Source of the DNA: Squalus acanthias
Taxonomy: Eukaryota
Assembly (NCBI GenBank): GCA_030390025.1
Contig: CM059432.1
Location: forward strand, 29,762,001-29,826,000
Length of the DNA stretch: 64,000 nucleotides
Direction: 5' to 3'
Position numbers and translations under genes: made by a program. The notes under the pieces are model-generated. The model worked only from the letters and a program-made list of their open reading frames with translations. It made no database searches and was not told the origin of the DNA. This document shows, piece after piece, positions 36,656 through 49,419 of this stretch. Positions within the stretch are counted from its first letter, which is position 1. Every line of letters starts with the position of its first letter.

Positions 36656-39600
36656 TTGTTCTTGCCTCTCTCTACAAATTATGAAGGAAAGCTCAAGATC
36701 TTTATAGACCTCTAGTCAGGCACACTGTCCTTGCAATGCTGATGATTCATTATGGTCTGACAAGAATTTGTTGTAAACAAGATCCTCAGAAATGAGGTAG
36801 TTCCTACAAAACACCAGATGCTAACTTGACTACTATTAAGCATGTAACTAATCATCTTGGCCCTATTGTCCCATTTCCGTTGCTCAAGACTATCTCGTTT
36901 CCCAATGTATTGACAAAAAGAAGTCAACAGGCATGAATCACACATCCTCCACCTCATATCCTGCACCTCAGCAGAAAATAAACATCACAGACAGCTAATT
37001 TGTACACTGATACATTAAACCCTAAAGCATCCTGGAAGTGAACAATTTCATAATTTCTAGCTACAATACAAATCCACAAGCCACTTATAAGTAAACAGAA
37101 AGCAAAAACCTTAATCATATGAGATTAAACCAAATCCCAATCCTACGTATATATGTATACACAAATAGGGTACCTTACATATCTGAACCCCTAAATCTCT
37201 GTTTGTCCACTCATTTTAATGTTTTACCATTTATTTGTCACATTATTATTCCTGCCAAAATATATCACCTCACATTTCTCTGCCTTCCATTTCATCCATC
37301 TGCCTAATCAATTAGCTTGGCTGTGTCCTCCTGCAGCTGCTTACGGTCCTCTTCACAGTTATCCACACTCCCTATCATTGTGTTGCCTGCAAATATTAAC
37401 ACTGTGCCCCTATGTCTGAATCCAGATCATTTATATATATATTGTGAAGAGCAATGGTCCTAAAACTGACACCTGGGGGACACCACTGTTTACATCCCTC
37501 CAAAAAACATCCTTTAACCTTGCTCTCAGTTTTCTGTTCTTTAGCCAATTTCCTATCCAAGCTGTCATATTCCCTTTAATATCATTACGTTATTAACAAG
37601 CCTCCGATGCATCAAACGCCATCTGAAAATCCACTGTATTTTTCTTATTAATATACTTGTTATTTCCTCAAAGACATTTGTCAGACATAATTTGTCCTCA
37701 ATTAAGCCATGATTTTCAAGGTGAGAATTAATTTTATCCCATTTTATGTTCTCTAGGAAGTGACCCACTAACGATGTATGACTGACTGATCTATAGGGAC
37801 CGATTTTAATACCCCTCCCCTCCTCACCCGCTGGGAACGGAGCACGGGAGCGGTTAAGATCAGGCCGAGTCCACTTACCACCCCGAGCCGGCACAAATTC
37901 CACCCGGCGACTTTATAGCTTCACCGACTTTGAAGTAGGCCGAGGCTACCGTTGCAGGCAGGGCCCAATTTAACTCTTAACATCGCAGCACCGATGACAT
38001 CACTGGATGAACTCCAGTGAGTACCTGAGCCATGCGGGTCTGGAAGTGCTTCTTAAAAGTTAATGGGGTTGATTTCTTATCAGATCAGGTACTATTCCCA
38101 AAGCACATTTTTGCAGAGACGATGGAGAGGAAGAATTTGACGTTGATTGACTAGATTATTGACAGCAACCTTGCTATCGACACAACTACTGGAAGATTAC
38201 ATTCAACATGTAAACTGTTTATATCATTAAATATTTACTTCATTACCATTAATGTATTTAACCTTTGGCACCATTCCATAGCGTTGGGATTACTGAGGCC
38301 CCCAGTGTGAGTTCTGAAGAGCCACAAAACTGCTCCCTAGCAAAGGATTTAGTTATGAGGAAATATTGAAAAAACATGGGTTTTTGAACCTTGAAGGAAG
38401 AGGTGACTTTATAGAGATAAGTCTAAAATAATAACTGTTGAGAAAAGGTAGATTGTAAGACTACTTCAAACTAAACCACAGGGGAACTTTAGGGTCTTTG
38501 TAGATGAATGAGCTAAAATGGCCTTCCTCATCTGTATTTGTCATGTGGTTTTGTGCGATCTCACTCTATGTGGAAGAATACAATGTTTCTTTTTCACTAG
38601 AAGTCTTTTGCGACAGCCCACGACCTAGAAATATGAATTGCGTCCATAGTTCTGTTGCAATGATTTTCATTCTGTCGTAAGACCATAAGAAAACATGGGA
38701 ACAGGGAGAATGCCATAAACCCAGTCCTTTCACGGACCCTTGTGTGAACGGAAATGAAAATCGGGCAGTTTCTATAATGGTTGGCTGATCACCAGTTTTA
38801 CACTAGTTTTACGCCCAGGCAGCAAGTTTAAAATCTACCCCTCCGACTACATTTGAAAATAATGTTGAATGATGGGCAGTTATCCTGTGCTCCCATGAAC
38901 CTACTAGGAATTGGGTTCAGACTGTTCCTTACAGCTGTCTAACAGGGAAATTGCATCTGTGTCAGCTGCTCACTAGAGTAGTCCAAAACTAATCCCTCCA
39001 CTCTGTGTGCTCCCTATAGCCCTGTATCTTCCTCCGCTTCAAATATTTATCTAATTTTTCCCTTAAAAGGTGCCTCAACCATTCCCTTTGGCCAAGCATT
39101 CCATGCTCCAAAAACCCTCCTAAACACTCTCCCCATTCTCTTAGTGACATTTTGAAATATTTATTACGATTTAAAACAATTTAACATATAGCAGCTCCTG
39201 CTATTTACAAACTCTATCTTGCAGATTGCCTGGCTTGTCCAGTCTGGATCGAACCAGTTGCTCAGTTGATATATTGTCAGATACTGTTAATGGGATTTCC
39301 ATATTCAAACTGATATGAAACATCGACAGTTTCTGTAATAAGAGAACATCCCTAAATCCTCAAACTATTTCTTTACTTAACCCAGGAACAGAAATGACAT
39401 TTGTAGCACCCCTATCATCACCTTGGCTGAGATCTACTAACCAGCACAGATTGAGGCATCAAACCTGGGATCTTCCTGACCCACACTGCGTCATCAGGGA
39501 AACCTTGACTACATTTAAAATAAAAATAACTGGAACCCTAGCAAATAAAGATAGGGCGTGAATTTACACTGGGATTCTCCCGCTCGGCTGCTGTAACTTT

Positions 39601-40155
39601 GGCAAAAGAACCTTGGAAAGCCTGGAAAAATGGCAAGGGGGACAGAGATAGGGGAGAGAGAGAGATAGAGATTTGTTTATCTCATTGCTGTTTGTGGGAT
39701 GTAGCCGTGCTCAAATTGGCTGCCATGTTTGCCCACCCCACGTTTTTCTACATAATAGATCACTCCCTATGTGGCATTGTACAAATAGCTGTGCTGGGGC
39801 CTTCAGGGGCCTATTAAGCCTGCCCAGCGCATTACCCAGCCCAATGAGATGGAGTGGGATTGGTGACGCCATTCATGACGCGTTTTCATCCGGGATCCTT
39901 TTTCCACAAGCTCCAATACCACCCCAAAGAATTCTAACAGCTTTATCAAGTATGACAGTCCCCCCAAACAGCAATGCCGACTTGTCCTGATGACATCAGG
40001 CTACTTTAGGTGTTTCATGAAATCCTTCTTCAGGATAGCCTCCAACATTTTACTCACAACAGATTATCAGACTTACTAACCTATAATTTCCAAGACAGTC
40101 CCTTTGACCTTTCTTAAAGACAGGTAGTATGTTCCCATTGTACAATAGCTACCTG

Positions 40156-41914
40156 GGCCGGAATTTTGCCTATCTGGGCAGGTCCGGTGTGGGCAGTGTC
40201 TGTGGCGGGTCCCAACCCTGCTGCTGGCTCCATCCCGCTGTTGAAAATGAACTTACCTTCAGGGGTCTATTAAGCCCACCCAGCGTGTTACCCGGCCCAA
40301 TGAGATGGAGCGGGTCTGGTGACATCATTCATGACACGTTTTCAGCCGGGTTCTTTAAAGTGACCATGGCCACATTACATTTGAAGTTTAATCTAACATA
40401 GTGCTGTCAGTGCGCTACAGCATTGGAGTGCTGCAAACACGGACAATGACTACACAGAGGCAGAGGGCTGCACCCAGGTTCTCCGATGACTCTCTCCATA
40501 TGCTTATGGAGGGAGTCAGAGCATGCAGGGAGGTCCTCTTCCCTTCCGATGGGCGGAAGAGACCTCCCCAGGAGACCAAGACAGCCTGGTTGCAGATTGC
40601 AGAGGTCACAAGCAGGGATGTAGTCAGGAGGACCTGGGTGCAGTGCCGCAAACATTTCAATGATCTCAGTAGATCAGGAAACATTAGTACAAAGCCACAC
40701 TCAGCTGCATCCTGCTGTGCCTCTCATCACATCCCCATCACTCTGTCTTCCCTACCCTACTCCTGCACATCCTTACTCACACCAACATACCTTGCATGTC
40801 CACCCATCCCTTTCTCTCTATCTACATTATCACATCCCCATCTTACTAGCCACCCCTCACACTCACCCTCATCCTAGTGCAATCATACCAACTAACAACA
40901 CACAAGGGTAACCACTTGGGTGTTTTATCCAATGTTTATGTAAAGGTTCTGTTAATGTGGTGTCAAACATAAAAATCTTTATTTTCAACACTTGGACAGA
41001 TTTGCGTGCAACTTTGGAAGTGGCTTCGTGAGTTGCAGTGAATGGTGAGACTTAAAGGTACCCCTCGCAATGGTGATCAGTGTGAAAGAAAGGGCTTGGT
41101 CATTGTAAGGATGCTTTAAGGTGTTGCTGTGGGTTGGTGCCAACCTGGTGCATCATGTGGCAGCCATATGGTGTACAGCGTAAAGTTAACTAAATCTAGC
41201 CATGATGAGGCCATCCCTGGCCTCCCAGGCAGCAATGTGCTCGGGTGCTGATGCCCTCTGTCCTGTGCAGCATCAGGTGATTGCAGAGAAGGTTGGTGTT
41301 CTTGTTGATGCTGCTGGTGCTGCTGGTGTTGGGGATCATTGTGGTCCGATTCTGAGGACCAAGGTGAGACAGTATAAACGGGACCCATGTTGATGGAATA
41401 GATGGCAGGTGAAGTAGAGATGACAGAAGCAATCTGTCAATGGTGAGAGAGTTCTTCCAAAGAGGTGACACTGGTTGGAGACTTTGCTGGAAACACTTGC
41501 AGCCTGCAGAATCTGTGCTGGAAATGGACTGAGCAACAGTTTCTGCCTGAGGAAAGTGATCATCTGTCAGGTGGGAGCTTTCACTGAACATTGCATGCTA
41601 TCAAGTAATCAGCTGGAGCAATGGCCATGGAACTCCCGCCTCAGGTTGACAGACATGGGTCCTGAGCTGCGTGAATCCCGTGGCCATGCAGAGAAATTTT
41701 AAAAGTAAGTGAAATAAGGCTCTTAAGTGCCTGTAAATTACCTGATAACCGTCTCTATTGGGTCCCCCGCCGCTGTCGGTCAGGTCGGCTCCACAATGAC
41801 AGACACGCCTGGGGGAAAGGCGCGTGGGAGCGAGATGACAGCGGGTTCATGACCCGCTGTCAAAAATAACAACTTTCCCACCCGCTTCCACTACCACCCT
41901 GGAAAAATCTGGCC
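40156..41914. mobile_element. Internally deleted Harbinger element with convergent Myb/SANT (+) and transposase-like (-) remnants
   Basis: Termini ggccggaatttt and aaaaatctggcc. The + ORF reads APRFSDDSLHMLMEGV...REVLFP...WLQIAEV...RTWVQCRKHFNDL. The - strand ends HIAAWEARDGLIMARFS* (41186-41239). Confidence 0.7.
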
Positions 41915-43814
41915 ATGGTATCCATTATTCTATATATAAACCATCTGAACCCCTTGATTAGATTCCAGATTTCAATTGGATGTTGCACAACATTGGGAAT
42001 GGAGTGTAAGAAATCCTAGGGTTTATGACTGTCTTTCAGTCACATTCAGATACTCAGAGGAGCAGTGGGGGATGGTTTGAAAAGTCAGCTGCCACCTAGT
42101 TGAATTAGTGAGATTGTTTGGTGTGATCAGTGTGAAACAGTTCTGCTGTTATTTCACTTTTTGATCTAACATTTCAAGCTGGATGATTTCTCTTCTGTTT
42201 GGTGCAGGCGAGAGCTCCACTGACAGCAATGATTGTTTCAGTCCCTACAGTTTTCAATGGGGGCCAACAGAGCACAAAGAGAACAAGTCACCAACCTGCC
42301 AGCATCCTCCGCACTCGGCTATTTTAACGTGTTCTTGTTCGCTCAGAACCAAGCTTTCATTTTGCTCCAGTTTGTGCCTTCAGGTGATCGATAAAAAAAA
42401 ACCAGAACAGTTATACAATAGCAGTGTCACCTTGGTTCGGTCCCAAGATCATGCTCGAGTCTCAGCTAGGCCGCAGTGGTGGAAGCTCGACAATGTGCCT
42501 TAGCTCCCCTGGGTTAGGGAGGGGGAAATGAGCCAAAGTTTCCACATCTCATTGCTACCCAGTGACCCTTTACTGGAAGTGTGCCTTTATGGATATTGAG
42601 TGAGGACAGGATCAGGCACAGCTGGGACGATCCGAGTGGTCAAATTGTCTGCTGGCACGTCAAGGCTCGTAAATCAAGATCAGGCACTTGGGGAAACATG
42701 AGAAAGTGGCCATCTGTCATGGAACCGTGTCTCACTTTGAGTCAGTACTTCTAGGAGTGGGGAAGAAAAAGTATCGATTTTCTTACCTTTTCTTGTTCAT
42801 TTTTTTCACAAGGGGTGTCATAGTGAAGTGCTCAATCCTACTGGCATACAAACTCAGGGTTGCTGTTACTGGCCATATATCATATTACTGTTATTACTAA
42901 ATTCTCGTCCGTCAGCTCAGCAATGATGATGATAGGGCTGAGTACATCACATTCAAGCGTTCAAATTCTATGTAAGAGAAATACGCCAGCAGCAAGACAT
43001 GAATTCACCAGCCATCGTCCACATATTAAACTGTTTTGTGAGGCAGATGCACATAGTCTCACTTTCCCTCCCCACCACCCTCAGAGCATATGAGATGGTT
43101 TGTCTTCAAACATGGACGCGATCAGTGGGATGTATTATAGCCATCCTCGCTATTCTCAGACCCTGTAACAGCCATAGTGAGTCACTTCCTGTTGGTGAGA
43201 GGCACAATAGAAACTGCTGTCCAAGTCTCTTGGAAACAAATGCTGAATCTTCCCCTCTCCCCACCACTGCAACCCCCACATGCCCAAATATTTGGAGCAC
43301 TAAGGCCTTGGAGAAACTGCAAAGTATCTGTTCATTTCGAGAACACTGAATGACTTGCAGTGATTGAAAGGGGATGTTGACACGAGATCATCGATATGCT
43401 GTAGCTTATTGCAGTCCTTGCCTCAATCACAAATGCCCTCTGGAAGGCTACAACATGCTACACAAAAGAGTGATGGGACACTAGCCACACACAGAACATT
43501 TCTAATTTCAATCAAGCCACTGCAACAGTCACTAAGTGTAGGTCGAGCATTCAACCAAGCCCTTTGACATGGCTGTGTAAAACCGGTGTACCTCAGTCCT
43601 ATCTTTGACCAAGCTTTCGGTCACCTGTCGTAATATCTCTTTTGTGGCTCGGTGTCAAATTTTGTCCGATAACGCTCCTGTGACGCACCTTGGACCAATT
43701 TACTAAAGGCGCTATACATATTGCAATGTGTTGTTGTTTTTCCTTCCATTATTGGAAAGCAACAGAAAGAGTCCTCAAACAGTCAACAACTTTGGTATGG
43801 TGTAAATGGAAGCC

Positions 43815-44232
43815 CATAGGCTTGTGGAGCAGCAATTCCAAAGAAGCTCGACACCATCCAGAACAAAGCTGTCAGCTTGATTGGCACTCCATCCACTGGC
43901 TTAAACATCCACTTGCTTCACTATTGGCGTACTGTGGCTACAGTGTGTTCTATCTACAGGATGCACTGCAGCAAGTCACCCAGGCTTCTTCGGCAGGACC
44001 TCCCAAACCCATGACCGCCACCACCTAGAAGGACAAAGTCAGCAGGTACACCTCCAAGTTCCCCCCGAAGTCACACACCATCCCAACTTGAACATAATAC
44101 TGCTGTTCCTTCAGCATTGCTGGGTCAAAATCATGGAACTCCCTACCAAACAGCATCGTGGGATTACCTTTTCAAAGGCAACTAGGGATGGGCAATAAAT
44201 GCTGGCTTTTCCAGCGACACCCACACCTGGAG
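43815..44232 (+). mobile_element. Unclassified LINE 3' end
   Basis: aagaagctcgacaccatccagaacaaagc...gggatgggcaataaatgctgg. The tail is shared with the SINE at 52140-52410. Confidence 0.55.
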
Positions 44233-46104
44233 AATGATTTTTCTTTTGAAATTGTCAGGCGAGGAAGAGGTGGGCTACAAAGGTGGACCCTAGACCACAT
44301 TACCAGCATCACTGCCCTAATGCATAGTCCAGCAATCCTGGTTAAACTTCCCCTGAAAACAATAGACAGGGTTCCAGCTGACAACACATCAGAATATACT
44401 GATCTCTAGTCTGTGAACTATGCAACTATACCATTTATGTTACATTTCCTATAGGCTTTTTCTTTCAACTGATTGGTCTAGCTTATGCTGTTTGCTGGGG
44501 GAGGGGCATGCATACAGAGAGACTCCTGTTAGACTTTAAGACAGAACATTGGCATTTATATAGCACCTTTATCACATTTCTCAAACACTTCAATGTGCTT
44601 CGCATACAATTAATTACTTTCAAAATGCAGTGAATGTTATTGAGGGAAATGCGGCAGGCCGTTTTGAAAATGGCGAGATGCCATAATCAGCAATTAAATG
44701 AATGACCAGTTCAACTGTTTTCAGTGGCATTGGTTAAGGGAGGAATGTTGGCCAGGAAAAGACTCCCTGCTGTCCTTTGAATGGATCTTTAAGATCCACG
44801 TGAACCACTGGAGCCTTGGTTTAATATTTCACCTGAAGGGCGACAATACAACACTCCCTCAGTATGCAGTGTCCGCCTGGGATATGAGCCATCAAATAAA
44901 CACAGCTGCACCTTTTAAAAATGAACCTTTATTTAGGATTTACATGACAGTTTATTTCTACAGTTTAGTGAAAAGAGCCTGAATTTATTCAAACTCAGCT
45001 AAAATAAATTTTAAAATATTTCAATCCAAAATAACTTTTATTTAAATAGATGTTTAATACAAAGCAAAGGCAGAAAAGAAAATGATTCAAAAATATAAAC
45101 AGCTCCAACCCTAGATTTCCCAAACAGCAAGTAACCTTAGACTTGTGTTCGACAGTGTTAGGATTTGATTTGATTTTGTGTTTATACATATTCTTGTATG
45201 TAGCTTTTTAGAAATGTAGGTTACTGCCACACTGAATGCAACATACAGACTTCAAGCAATTACTGGTCCTGCCCTTTTAAAGCAAATCCCTTCCCCTCCC
45301 CCAAAGTCACTAAGTCCTTGCTGGGAAGCAGTTCCACAGGAACCAGTTTTTCACCTGAGTGGTGAACATCAGCATGTTATTTGACCCTTGAGAGGGCATT
45401 ACCCTCTGGCATCACCCAACATTCACACACACATCCAACAGGGGTCACAACAGCAATGAGAGCAGGACCACCGGCTGACTTTATCGCCAACCCCCTCAGC
45501 CCACAGGGGCGCTGTGGCCATTTGTAATACCTCTACCTCTGCTGCGACACAGACCAGCTTAATCAGCAAAGACCAGCAATCGAACCGGGGCCTCTTTTGG
45601 GTCTGTATGACCAACCAGACAGTGCATTTAATCACCGAGCCATTAGCACGATACGATGGGCCATCGTGCCTGTGCGGCTCTTTGGTAGAGCTATCCAATT
45701 AGTCCCTCTCCCCTGCTCTTTCCCCATAGCCCTGCAATTTTTTTTCCTTTTCAAGTCTATATCCAATTCTCTTTTAGAAGGGACTATTAAATTTGCTTCC
45801 ACCATCCTTTCAGGTAGTGCATTCCAGATGAAAACAACTCACTGCATAAAAAAAATTCTTCTCATCAGTAACTGTTGTTGTGTTTACAGGTTTCTATTTG
45901 TTTACTTGTTTTTAAATTGGTGGGTATGGTGAGATGACGCTCAGACAGTGCATCACTGGACCAGTCCTGCACTCTTCGCATTTTTTAAGACTCATTTCAG
46001 TGCAATATAATAAGTACAATATGAGCACGCAACATTGAAAATGAGATGCAGTTTTGTTCTGGGATTTAAACAAACACACACACAAACAACACTCACAACT
46101 TTGC

Positions 46105-46228
46105 AAAAGCAAAATAGTGTGGATGCTGGAAATCTGAAATAAAAACAGAAAATGTTGGAAATACTCAGAAGGTCAGGCAATCTGTGGAGAGAGAAACAGA
46201 GTTAACGTTTCAGGTCGATGACCTTCTG
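46105..46228 (-). mobile_element. PLE family A short insert truncated at the hammerhead core
   Basis: Family A tail and body, with a 12-bp TSD tcacaactttgc at 46093-46104 and 46229-46240. Confidence 0.8.
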
Positions 46229-46667
46229 TCACAACTTTGCGCTGCTTAAAGGTGATGCGGAGAGCTGGAGGAATTTTTTGGCGGCTAAAAAAATACAACT
46301 GGCAGGACTCACAATGTTGGTCTGTTCTGACGAAGGGTCCCACCCCGAAAATTGACCCGTCCTTTTTCTTCAGATGGTGATTTATCTGTCCCAGCTTTAT
46401 TTTTTTGTTTTTATTAAATTTCCAGTGTTTAGCTTTTCTTTTTATTACAGAACACTTCTACTGGACCACAAACAGAAAGCTTAGCAATGGGGCAGGAGAG
46501 GAGGGATATAACTGCTAACCTCCAACACTGTGCTCCTGCACGCAGGGTCTTAATGTGTTCTGTACATCATCTGCGTGCTGATTGTGGCATTTTATTTCCC
46601 AGTAAGAAGTTCCTGCAGTGAGTTTGTCTAAGCAATTGTCCTTCCTACTGATCACGCTCCCAGGTTA

Positions 46668-47610
46668 CAACAATAACTTGCATTTCATTAGCGCCTTTAA
46701 CGTAGGAAAACATCCCGAGGCACTTCACAGGAGCATAATCGGGAAAAAAATGGACACCAAGCCAAGGAAGGAGACACTTGGATAGGTGACTAAAAGCTTG
46801 GGCAAAGAGGTAGGTTTTAAGGAGTGCCTTAAAGGAGGAGAGAGGTGGAAAAGCAGAGAGGTTTAGGGAGGGAATTCCAGAACTTACGGCCTAGATGGCT
46901 GAAGACACGGCCTCCAATGATGGGACGATGGAAATTGGGGGTGCACAAGGGGCCAGAGTTGGAGGAGTGCAGAGATCTCGGAGGGCTGTAGGGCCGGAGG
47001 AGGTTACAGAGATAGAGAGGAACGAGGCCATGGAGGGATGTGAGCACAAGGATAAGAATTTTTAAATCAAGGTGGACCGGGAGCCAATATAGGTCAGCCA
47101 GCACAGGGGTGATGGGTGAGCTGGACTTGGTGCAGGTTAGAATACGGGCAGCTGGTTTTGGATGAGCTTAAGTTTAGGGTCCAAACACGACAGGGTGCAT
47201 GGGAGAGGTGGCTCTGGGGTGTCCGCCTTGAACCTGCAATGCCCCGCTCAGTGGAAGCACTCTTACCTCTGAGTCAGAAGGTTGTCCATTCAAGTCCGAC
47301 TCCAGAGACTTGAGCACGTTATCTAGGCTGAAACTCCAGTGCAGTACTGAGGGAGTGCTGCACTGTTGGACGAGACGTCTGCCCTCTCAAGATCCATGCA
47401 CTATTCGAAGAAGAGCTGAGGAGTTTACCCGGTGTGCTGGCCAATATTTATCACTCAACGAACCAACATTTTTTATTGCTGGTTGCGGGACCTTGCGTTT
47501 GTAAATTGGGTGCCGCGTTTCCCTACATTACAACAGTGACTACACGTCAAAAGTACTTTGCTTTGGGACGTCCTGAGATTGTGAAAGGCACTATATAAAT
47601 GCAAGTTCTA
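46668..47610. mobile_element. L2 3' fragment (-, 46668-47175) and Deu-SINE (+, 47245-47610)
   Basis: LADLYWLPVHL.LKILILV...LHGLVPLYLCNLL, then SINE head, core and tail. Confidence 0.8.
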
Positions 47611-48139
47611 TCTATATTCATCGCATTAGCTATCAACATAAAGCCACTTTGAGATTGACCAGATGAATGAGGTTGCAGGATGACACCAGCCTATGCTCAA
47701 CAGCCACATCTTGTGATCTGAAACTAAGGAGTCTCCCATCACAGAAACTGGTCAGGTTTTTCTATCAAAAAGCAGCAGCGGTTTGAGCCTGAGGTCACAA
47801 ACTGGTAGGCAGCTTGACTTGCAAAGGGGTCGCAATCGAGCTGAGCGACCCTATATTGAGGTAAAAAATGACAGACAGGAATTAATCTCAGTCCAGGCTT
47901 TCCCACAGATAGTGTTTGAAACTGCCCAAATTCAAAAGCAGTCACTTTTGATATATTTATTGCGTTTTCTTTTTGTATATTTTCTTCTCTTTAAGGTGAG
48001 GGATCTCACTGGAAAATCAAACTATTTCCCACTTCATACATCAAACACTCCTAGGTCAGGTCCAACACAGCAGAGTAAAGTCCCCTCCACTCAGCTTCAG
48101 CAATGTCCCTCAGATCCACCCTCAGAGGAACCTCCTACG

Positions 48140-48631
48140 ATAGCAAAATACTGCGGATGCTGGAAATCCGAAATAACAACAGAAAACGCTGGAAAAACTC
48201 AGCAGGCCAGGCAACATCCGTGGAGAGAGAAACAGAGTTAATGTTTCAGGTCGAAGACCCTTCGTCAGAACTGGAAAAAAGCAGGAAATTAAATAGAATT
48301 CAAGCAAGTATAATGCTGGGAAAAGGGGGAGGGGATGAAAGAACAAAGGGGAAGGTCAGTGGTAGTATAGAAGGCAGGAGACATTAAGAGACTTGAATAT
48401 CTCTTAATGTCTCTCAATCTCTCCTGCCTTCTATCCTACCACTGACCTTCCCCTTTGTTCTTTCATCCCCTCCCCCTTTTCCCAGCATTATACTTGCTTT
48501 AAATCTATTTCATTTCCTGCTTTATCCAGTTCTGACGAAGGGTCTTCGACCTGAAACGTTAACTCTGTTTCTCTCTCCACGGATGCTGCCTGGCCTGCTG
48601 AGTTTTTCCAGCGTTTTCTGTTGTTATTTCG
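48140..48631. mobile_element. PLE family A fold-back insertion
   Basis: Arms 48169-48391 and 48400-48631 (one 10-nt indel, about 7 substitutions), a one-sided 29-nt tail 48140-48168, and a 12-bp TSD gaacctcctacg at 48128-48139 and 48631-48642. Confidence 0.9.
48528..48564 (+). ncRNA. Minimal type I hammerhead ribozyme motif, family A
   Basis: AGUU-CUGACGA-A-GGGUC(UUC)GACCU-GAA-ACGU-U-AACU, predicted cleavage after 48560 (GUU). Confidence 0.75.
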
Positions 48632-48979
48632 AACCTCCTACGCTCTCCAGTTTTCACACAAACCATCCAATGGTTTCTCCGAGTGAGATTATTAATTTAG
48701 TGCCAGTTTAGTGTTATGTTTTGGCAACACAGTTGAGACTCAATTCACATAGAAGCTTCACCGCCAGCAGCGAGCGGTGACATTCACCCTGTCAGTCTGA
48801 GCTGGCCCCCGGAGGCGAATGGACAGTGGTTAACCTACAGCACCCCGAGTGCCCACTATACCTTGAATTGCCCAGAATGCATTATGGATAATTATTGCTT
48901 GGCCCTACAACGCAAGCTCTAAGTTCTTTCAAATATTATGCTGTTTTAATTTTAGATACTTCCACAGACAATGACAATG

Positions 48980-49070
48980 ACAGAAAACGCTGGAAAAACT
49001 CAGCAGGCCAGGCAGCATCCGTGGAGAGAGAAACAGAGTTAACGTTTCAGGTCGAAGACCCTTCGTCAGA
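48980..49070 (-). mobile_element. PLE family A fragment ending at the hammerhead core
   Basis: Near-identical to 48179-48269. The core CUGACGA...GAAACGUU is intact but the 5' strand of stem I is lost. Confidence 0.8.
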
Positions 49071-49419
49071 TTAACTGCAACAGGTTGGGTTTCAGCTAAC
49101 TAGCTCTGGAATTCCCTCGATAAACCTCTCCACCTCTCTCCTCCTTTAAAATGCTCCTTAAAGCCTATCTCTTTGACCAAGTTTTTGGTCACATGTCCTA
49201 ATATCTCTACGTGGCTCGGTGTCAATTTTTAAAGGCGCTATATAAATGCAAGTTGTTGTTGTAGATTTAGGCGCCAACCTTTGTCACATCTTAAAATTTA
49301 TCTGGCCCAGTCTAATTTGAACAGATTATCAATCCGTGTGTCTAAAGGCTGCACGCTTCTGTGTGAATGGCTGCAAACTAGCACAGAGGCGCTTTAAGCC
49401 ACTGTTGATGACACCTTAC

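Noticed and set aside
46324..46357. Additional hammerhead-like core ctgacgaagggtcccaccccgaaaattgac
   Set aside because: Stem III and the cleavage triplet are degenerate; probably an inactive older PLE copy.
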